Source of the DNA: Clostridiales bacterium
Lineage (GTDB): Bacteria > Bacillota > Clostridia > Oscillospirales > Oscillospiraceae
Reading direction: 5' to 3'
NCBI GenBank assembly: GCA_019420945.1
Contig: JAHZGF010000003.1
Location: 1,288-65,287, forward strand
DNA: 64,000 nucleotides
The notes under the pieces are model-generated. The model made no database searches. It saw nothing but the letters and a program-made list of their open reading frames with translations, and was not told where the DNA came from. This document shows, piece by piece, positions 1-8,717 of this stretch (the first letter of the stretch is position 1; each line of letters starts with the position of its first letter). The position numbers and the translations under genes are program-made.

Positions 1-1
1 T

Positions 2-202
2 TATCCCGCCGGTGTGTCCTTCCAATTCTCCGATTTCTATCATTATATCAAGGAGCGGGGCTACGCCATCTATCCCGGCAAGCTCACCGAACTGGACACC
101 TTCCGCATCGGCAACATCGGAGAGATTTACCCGGAGGACATTGAAAAGCTCACCGGCATTATTGCCGCCTTCCTGAAGGAGAGAAAGGAGCAGATCGCAT
201 GA
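2..202 (+). CDS. phnW: 2-aminoethylphosphonate--pyruvate transaminase, C-terminal fragment (gene runs off the 5' edge)
   Basis: The open frame reaches the window edge. The C-terminal peptide IYPGKLTELDTFRIGNIGEIYPEDIEKL resembles the PhnW/class V aminotransferase C-terminus. Its stop overlaps the start of the downstream phosphonatase gene by 4 nt. Confidence 0.6.
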   Translation, partial: YPAGVSFQFSDFYHYIKERGYAIYPGKLTELDTFRIGNIGEIYPEDIEKLTGIIAAFLKERKEQIA

Positions 203-984
203 TGGAAGCGGTGATTCTTGACTGGGCGGGGACTACGGTAGACTATGGCTGTTTTGCCCCGGTGCAGGCCTTTATGGAGGCCTTCGCCCACTACGGCGTG
301 TCCGTCACCATGGAAGAGACCCGCAAGCCCATGGGAATGCTGAAGCGGGACCACATCCGCACCATGCTGCAGATGCAGCGCATCGCCGGGGAGTGGAAGC
401 GGGTCCACGGCCATGAGCCCGGAGAGCAGGACGTGGATGCGGTGTACGGCCAGTTTGAGCCCAAGCTGTTCTCCATTTTGGACCGATACGCGGCCCCCAA
501 GCCCTTCGCGGTGGAGACTGCCGCCAGACTGCGGGAAATGGGACTGAAGATCGGCTCCACCACCGGCTATACCGACGCCATGATGGACATTGTAGTCTCC
601 AAAGCGGCGGAGCAGGGCTATGCCCCGGATTGCTGGATCAGCCCCGATGGGGTGGACGGCGTGGGCCGGCCTGCCCCCTATATGATCTTTGCCAATCTGA
701 AAGCCTTGGGAATCTCCTCCGTCCGGAATGTGATCAAGGTGGGAGATACCATCTCCGACATCAAAGAGGGACTCAACGCCGGCGTCTGGACCGTGGGCGT
801 GGTGGAAGGCAGCTCCGAGCTGGGGCTGAGTCAGCAGGAGTATGAGGCCCTGTCCCCGGAGGAGCGGGAGGCGGCCTGCCGCAAGGTGGAGCGCAGCTTC
901 CGTGAGGCGGGGGCCCAGTTTGTCATACAGAATCTGTCCCAGCTGCCGGACTTGGTTTCCGCGCTGGGGTGCGGAACCCTGTAA
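199..984 (+). CDS. phnX: Phosphonoacetaldehyde hydrolase (phosphonatase), HAD superfamily
   Basis: The N-terminal HAD motif I (VILDWAGTTVDYG) and the overall PhnX-like sequence (KPMGMLKRDHIR, STTGYT, VKVGDTISDI) support the call. The gene is coupled to the phnW fragment. Confidence 0.85.
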   Translation: MMEAVILDWAGTTVDYGCFAPVQAFMEAFAHYGVSVTMEETRKPMGMLKRDHIRTMLQMQRIAGEWKRVHGHEPGEQDVDAVYGQFEPKLFSILDRYAAPKPFAVETAARLREMGLKIGSTTGYTDAMMDIVVSKAAEQGYAPDCWISPDGVDGVGRPAPYMIFANLKALGISSVRNVIKVGDTISDIKEGLNAGVWTVGVVEGSSELGLSQQEYEALSPEEREAACRKVERSFREAGAQFVIQNLSQLPDLVSALGCGTL

Positions 985-1027
985 ACCGGGGAATGGAATA
1001 CCTGTTTGCAGATTGATGACGCAGAAC

Positions 1028-1065
1028 AAAAAACCGCCGATTTCGCAAGAAATCGGCGGTTTTTT
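1028..1065. terminator. Bidirectional rho-independent terminator
   Basis: An A-tract is followed by an 11-bp perfect stem (ccgccgatttc / gaaatcggcgg) with a 4-nt loop and then a T-tract. It lies between the convergent phnX and LysR genes. Confidence 0.8.
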
Positions 1066-1103
1066 GGCTGCAGGGACAAAATTTGAACCTGTCGCCTCCG
1101 GAT

Positions 1104-1141
1104 AAGACACCCCCGACCCTTCACCGGGCCGGGGGTGTCTT
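1104..1141. terminator. Long GC-rich hairpin, possible second terminator
   Basis: A 12-bp perfect stem (aagacacccccg / cgggggtgtctt) is present. The flanking T-tract is weak (attt). Confidence 0.4.
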
Positions 1142-1284
1142 ATTTAGCGCATGCAAGCTATTTTGAAAAATAATTGTTGCAATTCTCGTATGGGCAGATA
1201 CGGAATCTCAATTGGACACCCTGCCGGATGCTCCAGTATAATGTGGGCATAATCACTAAAACCAGCGGTTTTATACAGGGGAAT

Positions 1285-2190
1285 TCAGTCTGAATTGATT
1301 AAGCTTTCCAGGTCTTTGATCAAAGTCTTTTGTACCGGGGTTCTGTAGGCCACGATTTTGGAATAGTTAGGCCCGTCCAAAATAGGGATCATCCGGATAT
1401 TGGGGTCGATGGCCATAATGGATGTCAGGTTGCTCACCGCAACCCCCAGTCCGGCGGCGACGTACAGCGACAGGGAGGCCAGCTGCTTGATTTTGACCAC
1501 ATGGGTGAGCGGCCGGGAAAACCCCATATTACGCTGAAAATCTTCCACAGGATTTTCCGTGGGGGGAGCAAACCCTTCTCCGTCCGGCATAATCAACGGG
1601 ACACGGTGGAGCAGTGCTTCCAACTCTGCTCCGGTCATCTGGCTGGGCAGCTGTTCCGCCTGCTGCCGGCATACCGCCAGGCAATATGGTTCGTGGGACA
1701 GGACGCGGTAGGTCATGCCGCTGGAATAGGTGGGCTCTGGACAGTACAGGCCATTGATGAGATCCAGTGTGCCATCCAGCAGTCCGCTGCGGAGCTGATC
1801 GTATCGGCACTGAAAAATGTTGATCTGGACCTGGGGGCGCAGGGCGTGATAGGTGCGGATGGCTTTGAGCAGCTCCGGGCTGATCTGCTGATCCATGGCC
1901 AGACCGATGCGCAGATCCCCAACCCGATTTTGCCCCAACACCTCTACCTGCTGGGTGAGGTCCAGAAAGTCACCGTAGATGTCCTTCAGCCCCTGGTAGA
2001 GCTTTTCGCCTGCGGGCGTCAGATAGACGCTGTTGTGTTTCCGGACAAACAGCTGGGCGCCCAGTTCGTTTTCCATATTGCCGATCTGCCGGGATAGGGT
2101 GGGCTGGGTGATAAAAAAGCGCTCGGCCACTTCGGAAAAGTTCAGCTTTTCGGCCAGGGCCAGAAAGTATTCCATCTGCTGGGTTGTCAT
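1285..2190 (-). CDS. LysR-family transcriptional regulator
   Basis: The N-terminal HTH is MTTQQMEYFLALAEKLNFSEVAERFFITQPTLSRQIGNMENELG. The start was chosen at the ATG preceded by AGGAGG. The gene is divergent from a transporter/reductase operon. Confidence 0.9.
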   Translation of the reverse strand: MTTQQMEYFLALAEKLNFSEVAERFFITQPTLSRQIGNMENELGAQLFVRKHNSVYLTPAGEKLYQGLKDIYGDFLDLTQQVEVLGQNRVGDLRIGLAMDQQISPELLKAIRTYHALRPQVQINIFQCRYDQLRSGLLDGTLDLINGLYCPEPTYSSGMTYRVLSHEPYCLAVCRQQAEQLPSQMTGAELEALLHRVPLIMPDGEGFAPPTENPVEDFQRNMGFSRPLTHVVKIKQLASLSLYVAAGLGVAVSNLTSIMAIDPNIRMIPILDGPNYSKIVAYRTPVQKTLIKDLESLINSD

Positions 2191-2257
2191 ACTGTGATTC
2201 CTCCTGTGTGATACCAGATCCCAATACGTATTAGATATATTGTAGTCCATTTTCGAC

Positions 2258-2271
2258 ATTGAAACAACAAT
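2258..2271. promoter_or_regulatory. Candidate LysR box (ATTG-N6-CAAT, T-N11-A type)
   Basis: The dyad attgaaacaacaat lies in the divergent intergenic region between the LysR gene and the permease gene. Confidence 0.25.
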
Positions 2272-2409
2272 TGACTTATTTCGTGCGCGCGGTTATCCGC
2301 ATATCCAATGACTCGAGAGACGGGGAAGGGGGGAGAGGTCACAGAAGGAAGCTCTGCGGACCGGGCGCGTTTAAAAAGAAAAGGAAAAGAAAAGGGAGGT
2401 ATTACTTTC

Positions 2410-3765
2410 ATGTTACCCACTGACATCATTGGCCTGATTGGTATCCTGGTGGCCTTCTTTGTGGTCATTTTCTTCACCTATAAGGGATTCCATCTGGCCT
2501 ATGTCGTGATGGCGGCCTGTCTCATTGTGCTGGTCACCAACGGCATGCCCATTATTCAAACCTTCAACGAGACCGTTATGCCCCAGGTGGGCACTCAGGC
2601 GGCCACGTTGCTGCCGCTGTATCTGTTCGGCGCCATCTTTGGAAAGATGTTTATCGACTCGGGCGCGGCCAACTCCTTGTCTAAGTTTTTGCTGAATCTG
2701 CTGGGCAAGAACGCCACAGCTCAGCGCAAGCGGATGATTGGCTTCACCTGCATCGTCATTATGAACGTGATCTTCAACTATGTGGGCGTGGACCCCTTCG
2801 CGTCCCTGTTCACCATGATCGGTATTGCCACCGGCGTCATGTATGAGGCGGATATTCCCCGCAAGTACATGCCTGTGACGCTGGTGCTGGGTTCCACTCT
2901 GGGCAATGTCATGCCGGGTTCCCTGGCGGCCCCCAACATCATGTGCCAGGGCATCCTGGGCATGGACACGGTCAACTCCTGGTCCAGCGCCACCGGCGGC
3001 TTTGTGTTCGTCATCTTTGTGTTCCTGGCCTCCTTCTTCTACATCAACAAGATGATGAAGAAAGATGTGAATGACGGCATGAAGTTCGAGTATGGCCCCC
3101 TGGAGCCCCCTGCCGCCGATATGCAGCGTCTGCCCCCGGTCATCCTGGCCATTATTCCTCTGGTGGTAATCCCCCTGAGCTACAACCTGTTCTTCAGCAA
3201 TGCCGCCTGGGTGTCCATGGCCGTGGGCTGCGTGGCAGGCATCATCTGCTATGGCGTGTACATCCCCAAGCACAACGGCACCAGCCGGATCATGACTGTG
3301 GTCAACAGCATGAACGACGGCGTGACCATCGCCGGCATCCCCGCCATCATTCTGCTGAACTACACCCTGGGCTATGCCATTGAGGCCGTGCCCTCTTTCC
3401 AGATCATTCAGAACGCCTTCATCAATATGCCGGGCCCGGCCCTGCTGGCCCTGTCCCTGATGGCCATCCTGCTGTTGGGTGCCGCCGCCTCCGCAGCCGG
3501 CATGCTGATTGCCGCCGTGGCCGCCGCCAACACCTTCATCCCGGTGCTGGGCGTCAATCCCGACGCGGCCTTCCGTGTGCTGCTGCTGTCCACCACCGTG
3601 CTGGATTCCCTGCCCTTCGCAGGCGCCATTGTGGCCATGATGAGCATCACCGGCATCAAGTACAAGGAGGGCTATGGCCCCATTGCTATGACCACCGTGC
3701 TGTTCACGTTCCTGGGCAATATGCTGGTCGCAGTGTTGCTCTCCATCTTCCCCATGCTGCCCTGA
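2410..3765 (+). CDS. Polytopic membrane permease, GntP-family-like (organic anion:H+ symporter)
   Basis: The protein is about 451 aa and highly hydrophobic. The N-terminal pattern (IGLIGILVAFFVVIFF...LYLFGAIFGKMFIDSGAANSL) resembles GntP permeases. The start was chosen at the ATG after GGGAGG. Confidence 0.55.
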   Translation: MLPTDIIGLIGILVAFFVVIFFTYKGFHLAYVVMAACLIVLVTNGMPIIQTFNETVMPQVGTQAATLLPLYLFGAIFGKMFIDSGAANSLSKFLLNLLGKNATAQRKRMIGFTCIVIMNVIFNYVGVDPFASLFTMIGIATGVMYEADIPRKYMPVTLVLGSTLGNVMPGSLAAPNIMCQGILGMDTVNSWSSATGGFVFVIFVFLASFFYINKMMKKDVNDGMKFEYGPLEPPAADMQRLPPVILAIIPLVVIPLSYNLFFSNAAWVSMAVGCVAGIICYGVYIPKHNGTSRIMTVVNSMNDGVTIAGIPAIILLNYTLGYAIEAVPSFQIIQNAFINMPGPALLALSLMAILLLGAAASAAGMLIAAVAAANTFIPVLGVNPDAAFRVLLLSTTVLDSLPFAGAIVAMMSITGIKYKEGYGPIAMTTVLFTFLGNMLVAVLLSIFPMLP

Positions 3766-3810
3766 GGCAGTGCCCCCGTTAAGCTAACACCCATAAAGGA
3801 GTGACTTACT

Positions 3811-5799
3811 TTGTCTCAGCCCTATTCACACCTGCTCTCCCCGATTCAGCGGGGAAAATTCATTCTGAAAAACCGGATGCAGTCCTCCAACTCGCTGCCC
3901 CACTTTTCCCAGGGGCCGGAGAAGTATCCGGCCGACGCCACCATTGCCCACTTTTTAGGGCGGGCAAAGTCCGGTGCCGCCTTTATCACCCTGGCTGGTT
4001 TTGAAGATTCCATCAACGCCCCCCAGTTCCCCGACACCCTGGACATGTCCCACTTCCCGGAATTTGACCTGCGCAACCCCCTGTGCCAGAACTACATGGT
4101 GGAGCTCATTGAGGCCATGCACTATGAGGGGTCTCTGGTCTCCGGCTCCCTGTTCTCCGCCAATAAGACCTTCCGCTATGAAAACGAGAAGGGCGAGGTG
4201 GAGATCATTGACGCCAATCCGCCCATCAACATGAGCCTGGGCGCCACCTCCATGATCATCCAGCAGGTGGGAGACGAGGTGTCTGCCGAGGATCTGGTGA
4301 AGATTGCCAAGAGCTACGGCCAGAAAACCGCGTTCTACAAGCGCCTGGGCTTTGATGCGGTGACCATCCACATGAGCTACCGGGCCCAGCTGCCCGGCCA
4401 GCTGCTCTCCCCCCTGTCCAACAAGCGCACCGACGAGTACGGCGGCAGTTTTGAAAACCGCTGCCGCTTCCCGCTGATGATGCTGGAGGAGGTCAAGAAG
4501 GCCGCCGGCAACGACATGCTGGTGGAGATCCAATTCTCCGCGGAGGAACCCGAGGGAGGCTACACCGTGGAGGAGGGCCTGGAGTTTTTGAAGCTGGCCC
4601 AGCCCTATGTGGACATTGTCCAGGTCCGCTCCGCCGAAGGCGATCCCAACCACCCCATTCCCTTTGAGCTCAAGCACACCCCCTTCCTGGATCTGGCGGC
4701 CCGGATCAAGGCCGCAGGGCTGGATTTCCTGGTGAGCAACGTGGGCGGCTTTTTCTATCCGGAAGACGCAGACCGGGCCATTGCTGAGGGCAAGCTGGAT
4801 CTGGTGGCTATGGCCCGGGCCTGGATCTCCAACCCGGACTACGGCAAGATGCTCTATGAGGATCGGGCGGATGACCTGGTGCCCTGCCTGCGGTGCAACA
4901 AGTGCCACGGCCGGGGCAAGCACGACATCATGACCACCACCTGCTCGGTCAACCCCAAGTTCGGCTTTGAGGCGGTGGACCGCTACCTGGCCGACCCGGT
5001 GGACAAGGTCAAGGACATCGCCATCATCGGCGGCGGCCCTGGCGGTATGCGCACGGCCATCTATCTGGCCGATCGGGGTCACAAGGTCACCATCTTTGAG
5101 GCGGAAAGTGAGCTGGGCGGCGCCATTCGTCACGCCGACTACATCCCCTTCAAGTGGACGCTGAAGGACTATAAGGACTACCTGATCCATCAGGTGGGCA
5201 AGCGGGACATCAAGGTGGTGCTGAACACCCGGGTTACCCCCGACATGGTGGAGGGCCGCTACGACGCAGTCATCGCCGCCGTGGGCGCTGAGCCCGTCAT
5301 CCCCAAGATTCCCGGTGTGGAAGGGGCCAACGTCACGGTGGCCACCGATGCCATTATGCACGCCGACAAGATCGGCGACCAGGTGGTGGTCATCGGCGGC
5401 GGCGAAGTCGGCGTGGAGACCGGTATGTTCTTCGCCCAGATGGGCAAGGAGGTCACCGTGGTGGAGATGCGGGACGAGCTGGCCGCAGATACCACTGTGA
5501 TGCACTATCGCTCCATGTTCCAGGCCGCCTGGGAGACCATCCCCACCTTCCACTATGTCCTGAACGCCACGGCCAAGGCCATTACCCCGGATCATGTGAC
5601 CTATACGGACAAGGACGGGGTGGACCACGATCTGCCCGCCCAGTCGGTGATCCTGTCGGTGGGCATGCGGGCCAAGAAGGACGAGGCCCTGGCCTTCTAT
5701 GGCGCCGGCGACCACTTCTATATGGTGGGCGACTGCTATAAGCCCGGCACCATCCAGACCACCAACCGCAGCGCTTACGTCACGGCTGTCCGCATCTGA
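3811..5799 (+). CDS. 2-enoate reductase / 2,4-dienoyl-CoA reductase family flavoprotein (OYE-like TIM barrel, 4Fe-4S motif, FAD/NAD(P) domain)
   Basis: Supporting motifs are RTDEYGGSFENRCRF (OYE family), the cysteine cluster CLRCNKCH...TTCSVNP, and two Rossmann motifs (IIGGGPGGMRTA and VIGGGEVGVE). The start is TTG after AAGGAG. Confidence 0.8.
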   Translation: MSQPYSHLLSPIQRGKFILKNRMQSSNSLPHFSQGPEKYPADATIAHFLGRAKSGAAFITLAGFEDSINAPQFPDTLDMSHFPEFDLRNPLCQNYMVELIEAMHYEGSLVSGSLFSANKTFRYENEKGEVEIIDANPPINMSLGATSMIIQQVGDEVSAEDLVKIAKSYGQKTAFYKRLGFDAVTIHMSYRAQLPGQLLSPLSNKRTDEYGGSFENRCRFPLMMLEEVKKAAGNDMLVEIQFSAEEPEGGYTVEEGLEFLKLAQPYVDIVQVRSAEGDPNHPIPFELKHTPFLDLAARIKAAGLDFLVSNVGGFFYPEDADRAIAEGKLDLVAMARAWISNPDYGKMLYEDRADDLVPCLRCNKCHGRGKHDIMTTTCSVNPKFGFEAVDRYLADPVDKVKDIAIIGGGPGGMRTAIYLADRGHKVTIFEAESELGGAIRHADYIPFKWTLKDYKDYLIHQVGKRDIKVVLNTRVTPDMVEGRYDAVIAAVGAEPVIPKIPGVEGANVTVATDAIMHADKIGDQVVVIGGGEVGVETGMFFAQMGKEVTVVEMRDELAADTTVMHYRSMFQAAWETIPTFHYVLNATAKAITPDHVTYTDKDGVDHDLPAQSVILSVGMRAKKDEALAFYGAGDHFYMVGDCYKPGTIQTTNRSAYVTAVRI

Positions 5800-5900
5800 G
5801 TCGGAGGCGTGCCGGAGACAGCGCAACGCAGACACAGAAAACAGGAGGCTGGCCAAAGGGCCGGCCTCCTGCAGTTTCAATCTGCCTGTCAGAACCAAGA

Positions 5901-5939
5901 AAGCCCTGTAATCGCAATGATTACAGGGCTTCTTTTTTT
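5901..5939 (+). terminator. Rho-independent terminator
   Basis: A 13-bp stem (aagccctgtaatc / gattacagggctt) is followed by a T7 tract. Confidence 0.85.
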
Positions 5940-6296
5940 GTCGGTCAGCGGGGCATCGGGTTCACAGAGGCGGTTGCAGTGGGGTTGCAGCCGTTCCCTT
6001 TTGGCCACCGCATCATGCTAGCCGCCGAGGGGAGGGGAGGATGGTTCCGGACAGAACATTAAAATTCGGAAAAAGTTTGATTAAAGTAAAATGCGCTGCA
6101 TTAAATGGCATTAAAAGCCCTGAAATGTTCCGTTAAAAAGGGCCGAAACCTCTTGATTTTTTTACATTCCGCATTACTATGGGTACCACAGAAGGCGCTT
6201 TCCCATTCCGGCAAGACCTTCTGTCATCCATTTCAATCACTCCCGGAAGCGGGGACGCCCCGCTGTATGGGAGAACAGTAAAGGGAGGTTTTTGTT

Positions 6297-8702
6297 TTGA
6301 AGCAGAGATGGATATCCATTTTGACAGCAATCGCTTTGGTGGTCGCCATGATCCCATGCGCTTCGCTGGCAGCGGAACCGGAGACGGCTTCCGGAGCGGC
6401 ATACGCCGCCGCCGGAGAGGCCGGGGAGCCGGAGGCAGCTTCGGAGGCGGAACAGCCTGCGGATCAGCCTGCGGCCCCCAGCGGTCAGGAGAGCGGTTCC
6501 GGAGAGACCGGGGAACCGGAGACGGACCCGGAACAGCAGACGGAAGAGGAACTCCAGCTGCCTGAAGGCCAGGAGGGCCAGGCTGGAGCCCAGGAACAGG
6601 AAGAACCCCAGCCTTCCGAGCCCCAGGAGTCCGACGCTGACCAGCCCCAGGAGTCCGACGCTGACCAGGGCCAGGAGTCCGACGCTGACCAGGGCCAGGA
6701 GCCGGAGGCAGCACAGGACCAGCAGCCGGCAGAGGAGCCCCAGCTGTCCCAGCCCCAGGAGAGCCCCGCCGGTGAGACCGGAGCGCCGGAGCTGTCCCAG
6801 CAGCAGGATCAGCAGCCGGAAGATCAGCGGCAAGCCCCCTATGAAGCCGGTTACAACAGCGCCAACCAGACCGTTGAAGTACCCTATGAAGTCTTGGGAA
6901 GCGCCATGAACGGCAAGGACATTTTCCTGGCCCAGGTGCTGGATGATCAGGGCAGAACGCTGGCAGAGCTGAAGGGCAAAAAGGACAAAGCCCAGTCCAT
7001 GATGGTGTTCACCATGCCCTATGACGTGAACCTGACGGCGGGCACCTATTCCTTCCGCATTACCCTGCGGCAGTCCTGGACGGGGACGGAAGTGGTGCTG
7101 GAAGATCAGGTGGTGCTGAAGCTGGATCAGGGGATTCAGGGCATCCATCTCATCAACACCGAGATCCGCTATAACGGTACCGACCAGGGTACCTTTACCC
7201 TGAAATTCCAGAACGGCACCGGATCCAACCGGATCACCTCCATTGATAAGGTCCTGTTCGCCACCCGGCAGGAGGGCGGCAGCGTCACCACCATGAATCT
7301 GACCCAGAGCACCAGCGGCTACACCTATGATCTGGACAAGGGTGAGCTGTATATTCCCAACGCCTATTTCGCCGACCGGACCCTGGACCCGGTGGTCTAT
7401 CTCGTGGGGATGGACTTCACCCTGGCCAACGGCCAGAAGATCACCTGCAACCCCCTGGAACTGACCCCGGACCATTCGGTGCCGGTGGAAGGGTTTGTCA
7501 ACCCCGGGGATCAGGCCTGGTACTTCATGTACGAGCCCAAGACCCAGCCGGAGGAGCCCTATGACGTCAGCTACCCCGGCCCCAACAAAACCGTGGAAAT
7601 CCCCTTTGACGTCTTTGGAGACGCCCTGACCAACCGGGACCAGGTGTCCGCCCTGGTGCTGGATGAACTGGGAAATCCGGTGGCCCAGCTGGATGGCAAG
7701 AAGGACAATTTCCGGGACGTGGTGGTGCTGACCATGCCCTATGACCTGGATCTGGCGGCGGGCACCTACGACCTGCGCTTCCAGCTGCGCTGGTCCGAGA
7801 GCGGGGAGGAATCCCAGCTGGACGGCTATGCAACCCTGACCCTGGATCAGGCCATTCAGGGCATTCATCTCATCAACACCGAGGTCCGCTATGACGGCAC
7901 CGACGAAGGCAGCTATGTCCTGAAATTCCAGAATGGCACCGGGGACAACCGGATCACCGACATCAGCGAAGTCCAGTTCATGACCCGGATGGAGGACGGC
8001 TCCACTGAGGGCTTCGGCCTGCGGGCCGGCACCGACTCCTTCACCTGGGACCCGGATCGGGGGGAGATCACCATTCCCGCTGCCAGCTTTGCCCGGCAGG
8101 AGCTGGCTCCGGTGGTCTACTTCGGTATGATGGACTTCACCCTGGCCAACGGTGAGACCATCACCGCCAACAGCCTGGAGGTGGTGCCGGATGAGGCCGT
8201 GCTGCCCGGGGATTTCGTCAACGACGGCAGCAATAACTGGTTTTTGATCAATGAGATTGGCGTGGAGCTCAGCGGCTCCGTCAAGACCTGGGGCGAGGCG
8301 GAACCTGTCACCCTCACCCTGACCAAGGAAGGGGAAGGCCAGGTGGGCGAGCCCCTGACCCTGGAGCCGGAGGTGCAGCAATATGTGTTTTCCAACCTGC
8401 TGCCCGGCACCTATACCCTGACCGCCAGCAAGCACAATCATGTCACCCGGACTTACACCATTGAGGTGGGTGACAGCCCGCTGGAGCAGAACATTGAACT
8501 TTGTCTGTTGGGGGACGTCAACGGCGACGGCAAGGTCACCACGTTGGACGCCGCCCTGGTGAATGCCTGCGCCCAGCAGGTGACCCAACTGAACGAATAT
8601 GCGTACGCCTGCGCTGATGTGACCGGCGACGGGATCGTGTCCACCTTTGACGCGGCCCGGATCAACGCCCACGCTCAGAAAGTGTCGTCGCTGTGGAACT
8701 AA
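6297..8702 (+). CDS. Secreted dockerin-containing protein with an acidic linker and two tandem ~240-aa repeat modules
   Basis: The signal peptide is MKQRWISILTAIALVVAMIPCASLAA. An E/Q/P/D-rich linker follows. Modules are duplicated (TVEVPYEVLG...MPYDVNLTAGTY versus TVEIPFDVFG...MPYDLDLAAGTY). The C-terminus carries dockerin Ca-binding repeats GDVNGDGKVTTLDAALV and ADVTGDGIVSTFDAARI. Confidence 0.8.
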   Translation: MKQRWISILTAIALVVAMIPCASLAAEPETASGAAYAAAGEAGEPEAASEAEQPADQPAAPSGQESGSGETGEPETDPEQQTEEELQLPEGQEGQAGAQEQEEPQPSEPQESDADQPQESDADQGQESDADQGQEPEAAQDQQPAEEPQLSQPQESPAGETGAPELSQQQDQQPEDQRQAPYEAGYNSANQTVEVPYEVLGSAMNGKDIFLAQVLDDQGRTLAELKGKKDKAQSMMVFTMPYDVNLTAGTYSFRITLRQSWTGTEVVLEDQVVLKLDQGIQGIHLINTEIRYNGTDQGTFTLKFQNGTGSNRITSIDKVLFATRQEGGSVTTMNLTQSTSGYTYDLDKGELYIPNAYFADRTLDPVVYLVGMDFTLANGQKITCNPLELTPDHSVPVEGFVNPGDQAWYFMYEPKTQPEEPYDVSYPGPNKTVEIPFDVFGDALTNRDQVSALVLDELGNPVAQLDGKKDNFRDVVVLTMPYDLDLAAGTYDLRFQLRWSESGEESQLDGYATLTLDQAIQGIHLINTEVRYDGTDEGSYVLKFQNGTGDNRITDISEVQFMTRMEDGSTEGFGLRAGTDSFTWDPDRGEITIPAASFARQELAPVVYFGMMDFTLANGETITANSLEVVPDEAVLPGDFVNDGSNNWFLINEIGVELSGSVKTWGEAEPVTLTLTKEGEGQVGEPLTLEPEVQQYVFSNLLPGTYTLTASKHNHVTRTYTIEVGDSPLEQNIELCLLGDVNGDGKVTTLDAALVNACAQQVTQLNEYAYACADVTGDGIVSTFDAARINAHAQKVSSLWN
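6621..6692 (+). repeat. Three tandem 24-bp in-frame repeats (ccccaggagtccgacgctgaccag) encoding PQESDADQ
   Basis: This was read directly from the sequence. Units 1 and 2 are identical, unit 3 differs at 2 nt, and a partial fourth unit follows. Confidence 0.9.
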
Positions 8703-8717
8703 AAGGAGGAAGATTTC

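Noticed and set aside
1066-1105. The minus strand carries a tRNA-like 3' end, GGAGGCGACAGGTTCAAATTTTGTCCCTGCAGCCA. It has a T-loop-like TTCAAAT, a 7-nt acceptor-like tail, a discriminator and CCA.
   Set aside because: The T-stem needs two G:U pairs, including the normally invariant G53:C61 position. The sequence 5' of it is a 12-bp perfect hairpin, not an anticodon or D arm. No complementary 5' acceptor strand is present. At most this is a decayed att-site remnant, and more likely coincidence.
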